From: Pachysolen tannophilus NRRL Y-2460
Lineage: Eukaryota
DNA: 56,079 bases
NCBI GenBank assembly: GCA_001661245.1
Contig: KV454017.1
Location: 248,001 to 304,079, forward strand
Direction: 5' to 3'
Each line of letters begins with the position of its first letter. Within the stretch, counting starts at the first letter, position 1. Under the pieces are notes generated by a model. The model was given only the letters and a program-made list of their open reading frames with translations. It searched no databases and was not told where the DNA came from. The position numbers and the translations under genes were made by a program. Shown here piece by piece: positions 44,492 to 55,231 of the stretch.

Positions 44492-46621
44492 ATGCCAAGA
44501 AGATATAATGATAATAATAAGAGTTTTAGAGGTGGAAGTAGAGGTGGAAGCAGAGGTAGAGGTAGAGGTAGAGGGAGAGGTAGAGGAAGCAATAGAGGGA
44601 GAGGTTTTTTCGGAGACGATGGTGGTAGAAGAAGTGATGAGAATGGTTCATTTGAATCGTTTGATCAGTTTAGTAGACAGAGATTAAATCGTCCATTCCC
44701 AGAATTGATGGATTTGCAGAATAATATTTATTTGGAAGAGATGGGTCCAAGTGGTTCTTATAAAAACTATGGACGTGGCACATTGAAAGATGAGATTAGT
44801 TTTACCAATCAGCACCGTGGAGAAATGATGCAAACAGCATTGAGATATTTACCTGTGATTTTTGTTAAGGCCAAAGAGACTTATGATCCATCAGCTGAAT
44901 TATATAAGAGAGTTAAAGATATCAAGAAAGATGTGATTAAGACAGTCATTGAAGAAGAAAAACCTATTGAGAAAGAAATTGATAATAACCCTGTTGATAC
45001 AATAAGAAATGCAGCAAATGAGGATTTATTTTTTATTGATAAAACCAGCGATTCAAATATTTCTAAACCTGAAATTACTACAGATGATAAAGAACTTATG
45101 AAGCTGTCATTACCATCTAAGAATGATAAAAAGGAAAACAAATTTATGGAAACTTCAAAAGAATCCTGTATTGAAGTTGAACCAACTCTTACAATTGGTA
45201 AAGTGCATATGAATACAATAACTAATGATGATGGGTCTATGGAAGTTATGTTACCTCGCAAATCTGGAAAGAAAAGTTCAAACTCATTTGTAGATGAAGA
45301 ACTAGAAGAACTAGAAGAAGAAGAAAAATTGGGTAAAAATTATGTTAACAATGTTGAGTCGTATCCTGATACTGAGAATACCACTATAGACGATATAAAA
45401 AAATTATCGATAACTTCACCTTCACAATCACAATCAAATTCACAATCACAATTTTCTGACATTAAAATTGATAAAGAACCTGATTATGGATTTTTAGCAG
45501 AAGATTATAAATTTGATATTTCAATAGTTGATATTACAAATGTTAGAATGGGTCTGAATTCCAATCAATATTATGTTAAATCACCAACAATGTTAGGAAC
45601 TGATGAATTTGAATGGTTGGATAAAGAAGATCTAGAAGAATTTTTAATAGAAAATGGTATGGATCCTCATAGAGTAAATGCGTTTTTAAAATATATTCAT
45701 ATTCAATTGGGTATTTATGATCCTGTTAAACCTGATCCAACTTATTCAGATGTATCAATTTCAGATTCTGAAGAAGAAGAACAGATATATGAAGAAGAAG
45801 CTGATTTTGGTGAAGAAGAGGTGGATGATGAGTATAATCTATCTACTATACTTGATTATCAAAGATATTCTGAAGATATTGAATTTGGACCAACAAGGAC
45901 ATTGAATACGAAAGGAAGAGGTAAAAATAGGAGATTAGATGTTGGTCATATTGAAGATGCTGAATTGAGAAATTTATTGGAAGAACAGTATCTTGCTGGT
46001 AGACATTCTAAACTGGAAAAGAAAAAAGAACGTGAACTTCAACTGAAGGCAAACCCTAAGAATTTATCAGAAAAATATTTATTTAGTATGCATATTCAAG
46101 AGATAAAAGAAGAAATTGAAAATTTTCTTCGAGATGAACGGAAATCAGTATTACCCTTCCCTCCTATGGATCCACATGCAATCAAGACAATTTCTAGAAT
46201 GGCCGAATGTTATAATTTAAAATCTTCAAAATTTGGTCAAGGACTTAAGACTCATGCTGCAGTGACAAAGACTAAAAAAACTTATAGATCTTTCCCCGAT
46301 TACGACTCAATTAATAGAATCTTAAAGCAAAGACCAATTTTCCATAGAATCGATGCCAACAAGACAAAAGAAGAAATTTTAAGATCTAAAGACGGTAAGA
46401 AATCAGAACCACAACAAAAAGAGCGTAAAAATAAAGCTCGTTTCAAAGAAGGTGATATTGTTGGTGGTGAAGCTCCAGAAATTGGTCAGGATAACGTTGG
46501 AAGAAGATTACTAGAAAAATTGGGTTGGTCCCAAGGTGAAGGATTAGGTTCTTTAGGAAACCAAGGTATCAGCGAACCTATCTTAGCAAAAGTAAAGAAA
46601 ACCAAGACAGGCCTCAAATAA
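44492..46621 (+). CDS. SQS1: R3H and G-patch protein Sqs1/Pfa1 (Prp43 cofactor)
   Basis: N-terminal RG repeats, R3H-like FPPMDPH region, C-terminal G-patch NVGRRLLEKLGWSQGEGLG. First ATG at 44492; divergent from ATG4. Confidence 0.9.
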   Translation: MPRRYNDNNKSFRGGSRGGSRGRGRGRGRGRGSNRGRGFFGDDGGRRSDENGSFESFDQFSRQRLNRPFPELMDLQNNIYLEEMGPSGSYKNYGRGTLKDEISFTNQHRGEMMQTALRYLPVIFVKAKETYDPSAELYKRVKDIKKDVIKTVIEEEKPIEKEIDNNPVDTIRNAANEDLFFIDKTSDSNISKPEITTDDKELMKLSLPSKNDKKENKFMETSKESCIEVEPTLTIGKVHMNTITNDDGSMEVMLPRKSGKKSSNSFVDEELEELEEEEKLGKNYVNNVESYPDTENTTIDDIKKLSITSPSQSQSNSQSQFSDIKIDKEPDYGFLAEDYKFDISIVDITNVRMGLNSNQYYVKSPTMLGTDEFEWLDKEDLEEFLIENGMDPHRVNAFLKYIHIQLGIYDPVKPDPTYSDVSISDSEEEEQIYEEEADFGEEEVDDEYNLSTILDYQRYSEDIEFGPTRTLNTKGRGKNRRLDVGHIEDAELRNLLEEQYLAGRHSKLEKKKERELQLKANPKNLSEKYLFSMHIQEIKEEIENFLRDERKSVLPFPPMDPHAIKTISRMAECYNLKSSKFGQGLKTHAAVTKTKKTYRSFPDYDSINRILKQRPIFHRIDANKTKEEILRSKDGKKSEPQQKERKNKARFKEGDIVGGEAPEIGQDNVGRRLLEKLGWSQGEGLGSLGNQGISEPILAKVKKTKTGLK

Positions 46622-46837
46622 TCATTTTGAATTTATCTTTCTTTTCTTATATATCTTCTTCTTCTTCTTCTTCTTCTTATCGAGAGTTGTATAACAGTAG
46701 TGTGTAAGAATTCAATGTATCTAAATGAAAAATTTTGGTAACAAAAGACAAATCTTTTAAATAATATTTCAATTTTTTTCATTTCAAATACAAAGAGTTT
46801 TTAACTTATTGAATATAGAGAATAGAGTTAATGGAAG

Positions 46838-47462
46838 ATGGTAAGTATTAGTCTTTAGGATCTAAAGGAAATCTTGATCATTGAAGTAAAAAAAAAAAAT
46901 TTTTTTTAATAACGAAATTAAAGATACTAACGTTTATGCAATGTAGTCGTCAATAAATAATATATTGAAAAAGACAAAAATGTCAGATTTAATTAATTAT
47001 CGTATAAAAGTAACAACGTTAGATGGGCGTCAGCTCATTGGTACGTTGCTTTCATTTGATAAACATATGAACTTGGTGCTTGCTGAGTGTGAGGAGTTTC
47101 GTATTACCAAGAAATCTTTAATAAATTTGAAAAAACAACATGTTGAATTAATGAAGAATAATATAAGTCGGATAAATGAATCTGTAATTAATGAGGATAA
47201 GAGAGCTTTAGGACTAATTATATTGAGAGGAGAGCATGTTGTGAGTTTAAGTATTGAAGCACCTCCAAGTTCTTCAACGAACAATATAAAGATTAGTGGG
47301 AATGCAACAACAAAGACAAAAGGTGTTTTGAGACCATTGAATAAATCATCTTCAGCAAATAATAATGCCAATAGTGCTCTATCTGGGGGTCCAATTAGGA
47401 CAAATAACAATGGTGTGACTCCAAGAAAGTTTGCTCCACCTCCTGGTTTCAAAAGAAATTAG
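46838..47462 (+). CDS. SMB1: Sm core protein SmB; exons 46838-46840 (ATG only) and 46947-47462
   Basis: Sm1 motif DGRQLIGTLLSFDKHMNLVLAECEEFR, Sm2 motif RALGLIILRGEHVVS, tail FAPPPGFK. Confidence 0.93.
46841..46946 (+). other. Spliceosomal intron of SMB1 (106 nt), directly after the ATG
   Basis: GTAAGT donor at 46841, TACTAAC at 46925-46931, TAG at 46946; in frame. Confidence 0.92.
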
Positions 47463-47790
47463 AAATAATCAAATAGTTTTTGATTTCACAGGTAAAGAGC
47501 TGAGAAAAGAGAAGGGAGACTTTTTTGGTTGTAAAATTTGTATTTCAACTTGTAGTTTTAATATTAATGTTAAAAGTTTTGAATAATCTTTATCCAAAAA
47601 TCAAAAAAGTAAAGAAAAAAAAATAGTTGTAGAGTTGGGCAAGTCTATCGACATCAATAAATTTTAACAATAATAATTTGTATTTATGTTAGATAATGTA
47701 AAGTAGTTGAAAAATCTAGAAATTTTTTATAAATCAAATATATATATATATATATATATATAAAGATATAAAGATATATAGTTAGTTTGA

Positions 47791-48447
47791 ATGGAAATGT
47801 CACTGACGACGAACCAAAGACCTAGTAAAGACTTATCCATAATAATAGATAGAGGGATAGTTTCAAATGCTGAAAAGATTCATCATGTGAATCCTATTTT
47901 TCTTGTTGAGAAAATTATAAGAGAAAGAATATTAGATTCGATATATTGGAAAAGACATTGTTTTAATTTGAATTTATTAACTTTTATAAATAAAGCTGCA
48001 GATTTGGAACTCATTGGAACGTATCTGAATACCAATAATACGAAACCAACTCATTTTATGTGTCTTATTTTGAAACTATTACAATTGAGTCCTTCAGAAG
48101 AGATAATTGTATATTTTATAAATCAAAAAGATTTTAAATATTTAACTTGTTTAGGATTATTATATGCAAGGTTAACTATGGATAGCTTAAAGATATATGA
48201 ATTATTAGAACCTTTTTATAATGATTATAGAAAATTACGGTATAAAAATCCTCATGGTTCAGTTGAGTTGATTCATATGGATGAATTTGTTGATATGTTA
48301 TTAGATGGTGGTGATGATGATGAAAATTGTAAATTTGGAGATTTAATTTTACCAAGATTAGTAAATAGACTACATTTAGAGGAGCAAGATTTGATAGAAC
48401 CTCGATCAAGCCAATTAGAAAGTGATTCTGAAGACGAAGAAGAATGA
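47791..48447 (+). CDS. PRP38: Pre-mRNA splicing factor Prp38
   Basis: NPIFLVEKIIRERILDSIYWK, KPTHFMCLILKLLQL, FKYLTCLGLLYARL, LEPFYNDYRKLR, HMDEFVDMLL. Confidence 0.93.
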   Translation: MEMSLTTNQRPSKDLSIIIDRGIVSNAEKIHHVNPIFLVEKIIRERILDSIYWKRHCFNLNLLTFINKAADLELIGTYLNTNNTKPTHFMCLILKLLQLSPSEEIIVYFINQKDFKYLTCLGLLYARLTMDSLKIYELLEPFYNDYRKLRYKNPHGSVELIHMDEFVDMLLDGGDDDENCKFGDLILPRLVNRLHLEEQDLIEPRSSQLESDSEDEEE

Positions 48448-48549
48448 TTTTTTTTTTTAATTTATTTTATTTTATATAAAATATGTTGTTCATAGGAGGG
48501 AAAAGGTTTATAATAATAATAATAAAATTTATATATATAAAGATTCAAT

Positions 48550-49458
48550 TTATGGTTGGGTGAAAATTCCAGTTTCCAATCTTTTAGAAATTAAATCATT
48601 TGTCTCGCCATTTTTCTGTATAACTCCAGCAGTTCTTAAAATGTTTGAAGTATTTAAAACTGTTCTATCATAATTAATCAATTTAACATCGTTACTAAAT
48701 TTAACAGTTTTCATCCATTCTATAGCATCTTCTTTTGAGTAATCTAAATTTTCACCAATATAATCTACAGCTTCTTCTTTATGATCATTAAAATAATCAA
48801 TACCTTCTTGAATTGCAATTAAGAATTCTTTTAATTTTAAAGGTTCATTTTCAATTAATTTTGAAGAAGAAACAATTACCCATGATGGCCATGGAGTATA
48901 AATTTCACCAATTTTTTTAATTTCACCATTATCATAATATTTTTTAGAAGTGAAAAATTCCCACATAAATGCATCACTTGGTTCGATATTTTTAACAAGA
49001 TTTACAGAATCTCTTAAATTAGCAAATGTTGAAACCAGTGGGAACCCTGAATAAAAAGGTTTTTGAAATTGATTATTTAAAGCTAATACAAATGGCATAA
49101 CATAACTTCCACTACCAATTCTAGAAACACTTATTTTTTTACCATTTAATTGACTACAAGAAGTTATATCTTCACGTTGTGAACCAGTAGAAATTGACCA
49201 ACATAATGGACTTTCAACATAAGTACCACTAATCTTATATTCGGTATCACCATCACATATACCTCTTACAAACGCTTCTGTCAATCCTATAGCAATATCA
49301 ATTTCTTGAGATTTTAAACATTGAATCAAATGACCTGAACCTGAAAGAAAAGGTATTAATTCAACTTGTAAATTTTTTTGTGTGAAAAATCCATGTATCT
49401 TAGCAAACTGGATTGGAGTAGAAAAATGTTCTGGAACAAACCCAACCTTTAACACCAT
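48550..49458 (-). CDS. NMT1/THI5-like type II periplasmic-binding-fold protein (CA3427-like), no signal peptide
   Basis: KVGFVPEHFSTP, DIAIGLTEAFV, GTYVESPLCWSISTG, VSRIGSGSYVM, DAFMWEFFTSKKYYD, GEIYTPWPSW. First ATG at 49458. Confidence 0.8.
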   Translation of the reverse strand: MVLKVGFVPEHFSTPIQFAKIHGFFTQKNLQVELIPFLSGSGHLIQCLKSQEIDIAIGLTEAFVRGICDGDTEYKISGTYVESPLCWSISTGSQREDITSCSQLNGKKISVSRIGSGSYVMPFVLALNNQFQKPFYSGFPLVSTFANLRDSVNLVKNIEPSDAFMWEFFTSKKYYDNGEIKKIGEIYTPWPSWVIVSSSKLIENEPLKLKEFLIAIQEGIDYFNDHKEEAVDYIGENLDYSKEDAIEWMKTVKFSNDVKLINYDRTVLNTSNILRTAGVIQKNGETNDLISKRLETGIFTQP

Positions 49459-50072
49459 AATAGGCAACCTTTTTTCTTTCTTTAATTCTCTCTCTATTAC
49501 TCAAAAACAATCAATAAGAATGAAATCACAAGTTCAAATTCAATTTAAAGTAAATTTGATGTTTAATACCATAATAATAATACCATATTAACTCTTTTTT
49601 TTTTTCTGCCTTTTTTTAACCAGTCCTTAATAACTCAATTAAATCATTTAATTTAGTCAAAACTAAAGGTGTGCACTCAAAAACCAAGTTTCTAAAAACA
49701 GATATTGAAAGGCAGATACACTACTGTGGTTTTTTCAAAAAAAGCCCCCAATGTTTCCAAAATAGATTCTTAGTATTTTGGTACACTACTTGTGGGATTG
49801 AAAAAAAATTTATTTTTTCTTGATACTTTGTAAACTACCTTATAATGCCGAAAACAGTAATTTGTGTAGTTATAGACACGACCCCAAATTTTTTTTTATT
49901 TTTCCTTTTTTTCCTTTTTCTTTTTTTTTCAGAGCCAAATTTCCGGTTTGGGAATGTTGGTTTTGATTCGCACTACTTTGTATTGATTTTGCCCTTAATA
50001 ATAAAAATTTTCCCTAATGATAAAACAGCCCAGTGAAACCCAGCTATATAAATATATAAATACAAATATTAA

Positions 50073-50106
<34 letters not shown>

Positions 50107-50288
50107 GATGAGTGTTAGATTAACAATTACAAAAGATATTAAAAGAAAATTTACTGAATCATTTAATTTAAACATATGGAAGAAAGTTTTTTCCCTAGAA
50201 TTGTGGAAATCTATTAAATATTAGAATTATTATCAAAGGAGTTTGATTTATAATTGAAGATCAAATTATATTATTAAAATTACGGAAA

Positions 50289-52807
50289 ATGTCCATTAAA
50301 CTTAGAGATGGATTTGTCAATGAATCACTAGATAGAGTTTTAGAAGATTTATTAGTAAGATTTGTTATCAATTGTCCTGATGAAGATTTATCATCTTTTG
50401 AAAGAGTTTTTTTCCAAATTGAAGAAGCTCAATGGTTTTATTATGATTTTGTAAGGCAAATAAATCCTGGTTTACCTAATATGAAAATGAAAAGTTTTTC
50501 AACTGCAATAATCGAAAAATGTCCAATGATATGGAGATGGGGAGATCCTGCTGATGCTCTTTCTAGGTTTGGGAAATATAAATCTACAATTCCAGTTAGA
50601 GGTGCTGCATTATTTAATGAAGAATTGGATAAAGTATTATTAGTTAAAGGTACAGAATCAAATTCTTGGGGATTTCCTAGAGGTAAAATTTCTAAAGAAG
50701 AAAAAGATGTTGATTGTGCAATTAGAGAAATTTTAGAAGAAACTGGATTTGATATTTCAGATTATATTGATGAAGATGAATATATTGAAAGAACTATAAA
50801 GGGGAAAAATTATCGAATTTATCTTATAAAAGATATTCCAGAAGAATTTAATTTTCAACCAACAGCAAGAAATGAAATTTCTTGTATTGAATGGAAAAGT
50901 TTAAAATATTTAAATAAAGATTGTAAAACAAATAATAATCATTATTTTTTAGTTTCTGCAATGTTGAAACCAATGTTAAGGTTTGTTAATAAAATGAAAG
51001 GATTACAAAATGAAGAAGAATTGAAGAGAAATGCTACTATAGCTTTGAAGAAATTATTAGGAATTACAGATATAACAACAACTGTCATTTCTACAGATAT
51101 CATTGCATCTTCTACGGATAATAAAAATACTGCTTTTAATCAAACAACAAGAGAAGTCGATATTGATCCTGGTAGAGAATTGTTAAATAATTTACAAAGC
51201 GCAATAAAATTAAAACTGCAACAAGGTCAAGATATGAAAGATATTCAACAACAACCAGTAATGATTCATCCACAACAATTTTTACCATTCTCATTCATAC
51301 CACCGAATTTACTATTCAATCCAAACAACCTGCAGCAACACCACCCAGCTCTCCCAAACCAACCAAATCAGCAACAACAACAACAACAGCAACAGCAACA
51401 GCAATTCCTTGCGCCTCCATTTGGTTTACATGGTTTGCCAAACGGTCTGCTATTACCCTTTTCTCCTAATATGATGTATGGCATTCCACCCCCACCATTA
51501 CCATTCATGCAAAGACAAGTACTGCAGCCCCAACCACAACCACCACTGCCTTTCCCGTTCAATTCGTCACCACAACAATTTTTCCAGCAACCTTCTCATC
51601 CTGCAGAGGCTCAATTAGTCAATGCACCACAGCCAGAGAATTTGCATAAACCAAGTTTAGGTTTAATGAATAGAAGATCAAAGGAATCCGATAGTAAACT
51701 TTTATTAGGTGTTCTAACAGGAAGCCCATTGAATAACGGTAAATCTGAGGAACAACAAGAAAAAAATTTAACACCAAAATATGATTCAAAAGAATCAAAT
51801 GAGTCAAATTCAAATTCAAATTTCTTGCTTGGTATTTTGAATAAAAACTCGAATGGTTCAGAAGCTTCAAAGAATAAAGACGACTCACAACAACAACAAC
51901 AGCAACCAGTTTCTCTGAAGAAGATAAGTATATTGAAAAGACCAAATCAAGAATCAGGTGAGTCTGATAAAGGTGAACTTTTACGTATATTGAGAAAACC
52001 GAAAGAACTAAATAAACAAGATACATCACTGGAAGCTTCAATTACTAGCAGTAATAATAACAGTAATGCTAAAGAATTGATGTCTATTTTAAACCGGAAA
52101 TCTACCCCTACTACTGAGAACATGTCACAGACAACAAAAGAAAAAACTGAAATTTCTTCATCTTCAGAGAAAAAATTTCCAATTTTGCTTCAAAAATCTA
52201 AATCCCATTCAAGGGAAAATAGTCCTCTAAATGATCACTCAGAAGCACAAAATGAACTTTTATCATTATTAGAGAAAAATAATACGAAAGATATTAATAG
52301 TAGTAGTTCACCATATGATGCCAAACACAAAAATCTTGAAGATTATTATTTGCAGGACAATTATAAAAGAGATGCTATTAATGGAAGTGACATAGAAAAT
52401 GATGAAGAATTTGAAGATTTTGAAGATTTTGAAAATTTACAAGATTACCATTTTAATAAGAACAGTACTGGCCATGTAGTGCATAGTAGTCTTTTAGAAG
52501 GACACGATGAGGATGATGAGGATGAGGATGAAGATGAAGATGAAAATGAAAGTGAAGAAGATGAAAATGAAGAGTATCGCGGCCATAAAGAAGAACAAGA
52601 AGAAAATTTTGACCAAAAGGAGAAAAGTAATGTTCCAAAATTTAGAATTTTGAAAAGAAATCAAAATATAAATGATGTGATTCCCGAAAAAGATTCTTTA
52701 TCTAAGACAGATGAAAATCAAGAGAATGCGGCCAGTGGATTATTATGGCTATTAAAAGGTGGTTCTAATGCAAATGCTGAAAGTAATCATGTCAATACTG
52801 AGACGGC

Positions 52808-52848
<41 letters not shown>

Positions 52849-53540
52849 TTGAAAAACAAGGACAAGGACAAGAACAAGAACAAGAACAAGGAGAAGGAGA
52901 AGGATCCAGGCCAGAACTAAAATCTGCATCATCAAATCCTTTGATGGACATTTTATTTAAAAAAAATACCAACAATAACCAATCACCACCATTATCTTCT
53001 TCCTCATCTCATGATTCTACGGAACTTTTAACTTTAATAAATAAACAATCACAATCAAAATTACCTAGCCTGGACAATTCCGCAGTGATCAATAATAGTG
53101 GTAGTGATTATAACAAATTTAAAGAAATTGACACCGAAGGTAATACCAAGAGAAATAGTCTGTTAAATTTATTTGAAAGTTTTAACAGTAATAGTAACCA
53201 AATGAATTCCGGATCGGATGATCATGCTGATGATCATGCTGATGATCAGGCTATTTTAACTTTAAATAAAAGTTCTTTTGAAAATAATCAGCAATCATCA
53301 AGATCGCCTCATGAGTTATTACAATTGCTAAACAAGCAAACTTCGAAATCAGGTCAAGAATCATCAACTTCTCCAATAACTGAAACTAATAGTACAAATG
53401 ATTCAAATGAACTTTTAAATATCTTACATGGGAATAATACCAACAAAGTTGGCACTCCAGAAGCTCAACCAGAACAAGTTGCAAATAGTACTGGCACTTT
53501 AGGTGCAGCAAAATCACTCTTAAGTCTCTTGAGAAGATAA
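50289..53540 (+). CDS. DCP2: mRNA decapping enzyme catalytic subunit Dcp2
   Basis: Box A FQIEEAQWFYYDF, IPVRGAA, Nudix box WGFPRGKISKEEKDVDCAIREILEETG; long disordered tail with many LLxLL helical motifs. Confidence 0.96.
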
Positions 53541-53550
53541 GAATTCTAGC

Positions 53551-53582
53551 TTCCAAGATTCCAAGATTCCAAGATTCCAAGA
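53551..53582. repeat. 8-bp tandem repeat TTCCAAGA x4 just after the DCP2 stop
   Basis: Read directly from the sequence. Confidence 0.9.
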
Positions 53583-54116
53583 TTTAACCCAATGTATTTA
53601 TAAGTTATAAGTTGTATAAAATGTATTTGTAGGCTGTAAATATATAATTCTAGTTTGCTTTGTTAGTTTATACTAGAGAAACTGTAGTGTAGAAAGAGAC
53701 ACAAAACGAAAGAAATTTCATGTATATGTTTTAAGCAGATAAAGAGTTTATTTATTCTTTTGAGATTTACAAGGTTAACGTAACTTCAATATCTACTAGT
53801 AATTGTAAAGTATTAATTAGTTATATTTATTTATATATATAAATATATATAGATATTAGTAGTCTTGTGTTATTGATTGTATTTTCTTAAACATAAAAAT
53901 AAATTATATATATTGGAAGTTTTTTCAAGAGAAAATAAATCAGGTTGGTTCTATTTTTAACTGGGGAATTTCATTTTTATCTGTTGAATAATAATAAATA
54001 TATTATCGTGTTGAGTAAGGTGAACTAAAAATTTGTTACAATTGGAAGAAAATAAAAAAAATTGTATTTCATTTCATTATCATCAGTCTATTTTGCATTA
54101 TATATCTAGTTGGACC

Positions 54117-55231
54117 ATGTCAATAAGGAAACCTATATTGTTAATTGTATTGTGCTTAATATGTTTGAGTTTTTTAATGGGGAGTTCTGTTGGTGATAAA
54201 GAGTTAATAAAGATGAAGAGAGGTATTGAGAAAAGTGTTTGGAGACGTGATAGTCATTTAAAGAAAAGTACAATTCCAAAAGGTATAAAGAGAGCAGATT
54301 CAGATGTGATACCGCCTATTAAATCTCCAAATTTAGATCCTTGTACTGCGATAAACCCTTTAACAAATGGATTTTTCGATTTGAGATCATTAAGTTCGAT
54401 GAATCTTAATGATGGTTCTGTTAGTGCTTGGAATGCAAGAGGGTATGATTATAATATGAATTTTACTTTAGGAATGTGTTCATCTCCTTTGAAAAAACAA
54501 AATATTCAACCTGGTGATTTTGATCAAGTTACTAATACTTCTTTAATTGGAGGTTTTTATACAGATCAAGAAGGTGTAAAATATTCAATTGGAGAATATT
54601 CAACAGCACCAGTTTTTAGAGGAAGAAAATTAACTTTAACTTATACAAATGGTTCATTTTGTGAAAAAACATCTACTGGAGAAGCATGGAGAAAATCAAC
54701 AATATTATCATTTACTTGTGATAGAGAATTAATGGCAAAAGCTCAGATCTCCTTTGTAGGTGTATTACATGATTGTGATTATTTTTTCGAAGTTAGAACT
54801 GTTCATGCATGTCCAACAGCAGCAAAATCTGATAATTTAGCACTTGTATGGATATTTTTAATTATATTTCTTGCTGCTTTAATGGTATATTGTGGGGCTG
54901 GAACTTTATACAAGAAAGCCATCTTAGGCCGTCGCGGATGGAGACAATTACCTTCATATAGTATTGTTAGAAATTTTAAAGCAGCTTTTGGTAGTAATGG
55001 TTCGGTAAGTAAATAACAATATTCAAAATTCAAAAGTTTTATTTATTTATTTTTTTTTCACAAATTAACTAACCATCTAGACGTAATCAGCTCAATAGAA
55101 GATTCAGCGATAGAAGTGGTGCTGTTAACTTGAGTGATGTGGGTAATGGGAATAATTCTTTTGGCTATAGTGGGAACCAGAACGATTTACTTGATGTATT
55201 AGACATCGACAGTGATTTATCTGAAAACTGA
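54117..55231 (+). CDS. MRL1: Mannose-6-phosphate-receptor-like sorting protein Mrl1; exons 54117-55004 and 55091-55231
   Basis: Signal peptide, dibasic propeptide sites, 6-Cys MRH domain (PCTA...FFDL, GRKLTLTYTNGSFC, RKSTILSFTCDR, CDYFFEVRTVHACP), TM segment, RGWRQLP. Exon 2 adds the acidic tail NDLLDVLDIDSDLSEN. Confidence 0.85.
55005..55090 (+). other. Spliceosomal intron of MRL1 (86 nt; alternative TAG acceptor at 55080)
   Basis: GTAAGT donor at 55005, AACTAAC at 55067-55073, in-frame CAG at 55088-55090. Confidence 0.75.

Noticed and set aside
50104..50162. TGATGA...CTGA pair suggesting a C/D snoRNA
   Set aside because: Very short, AT-only guide with no recognisable rRNA complement and a weak terminal stem; it lies in the DCP2 leader.
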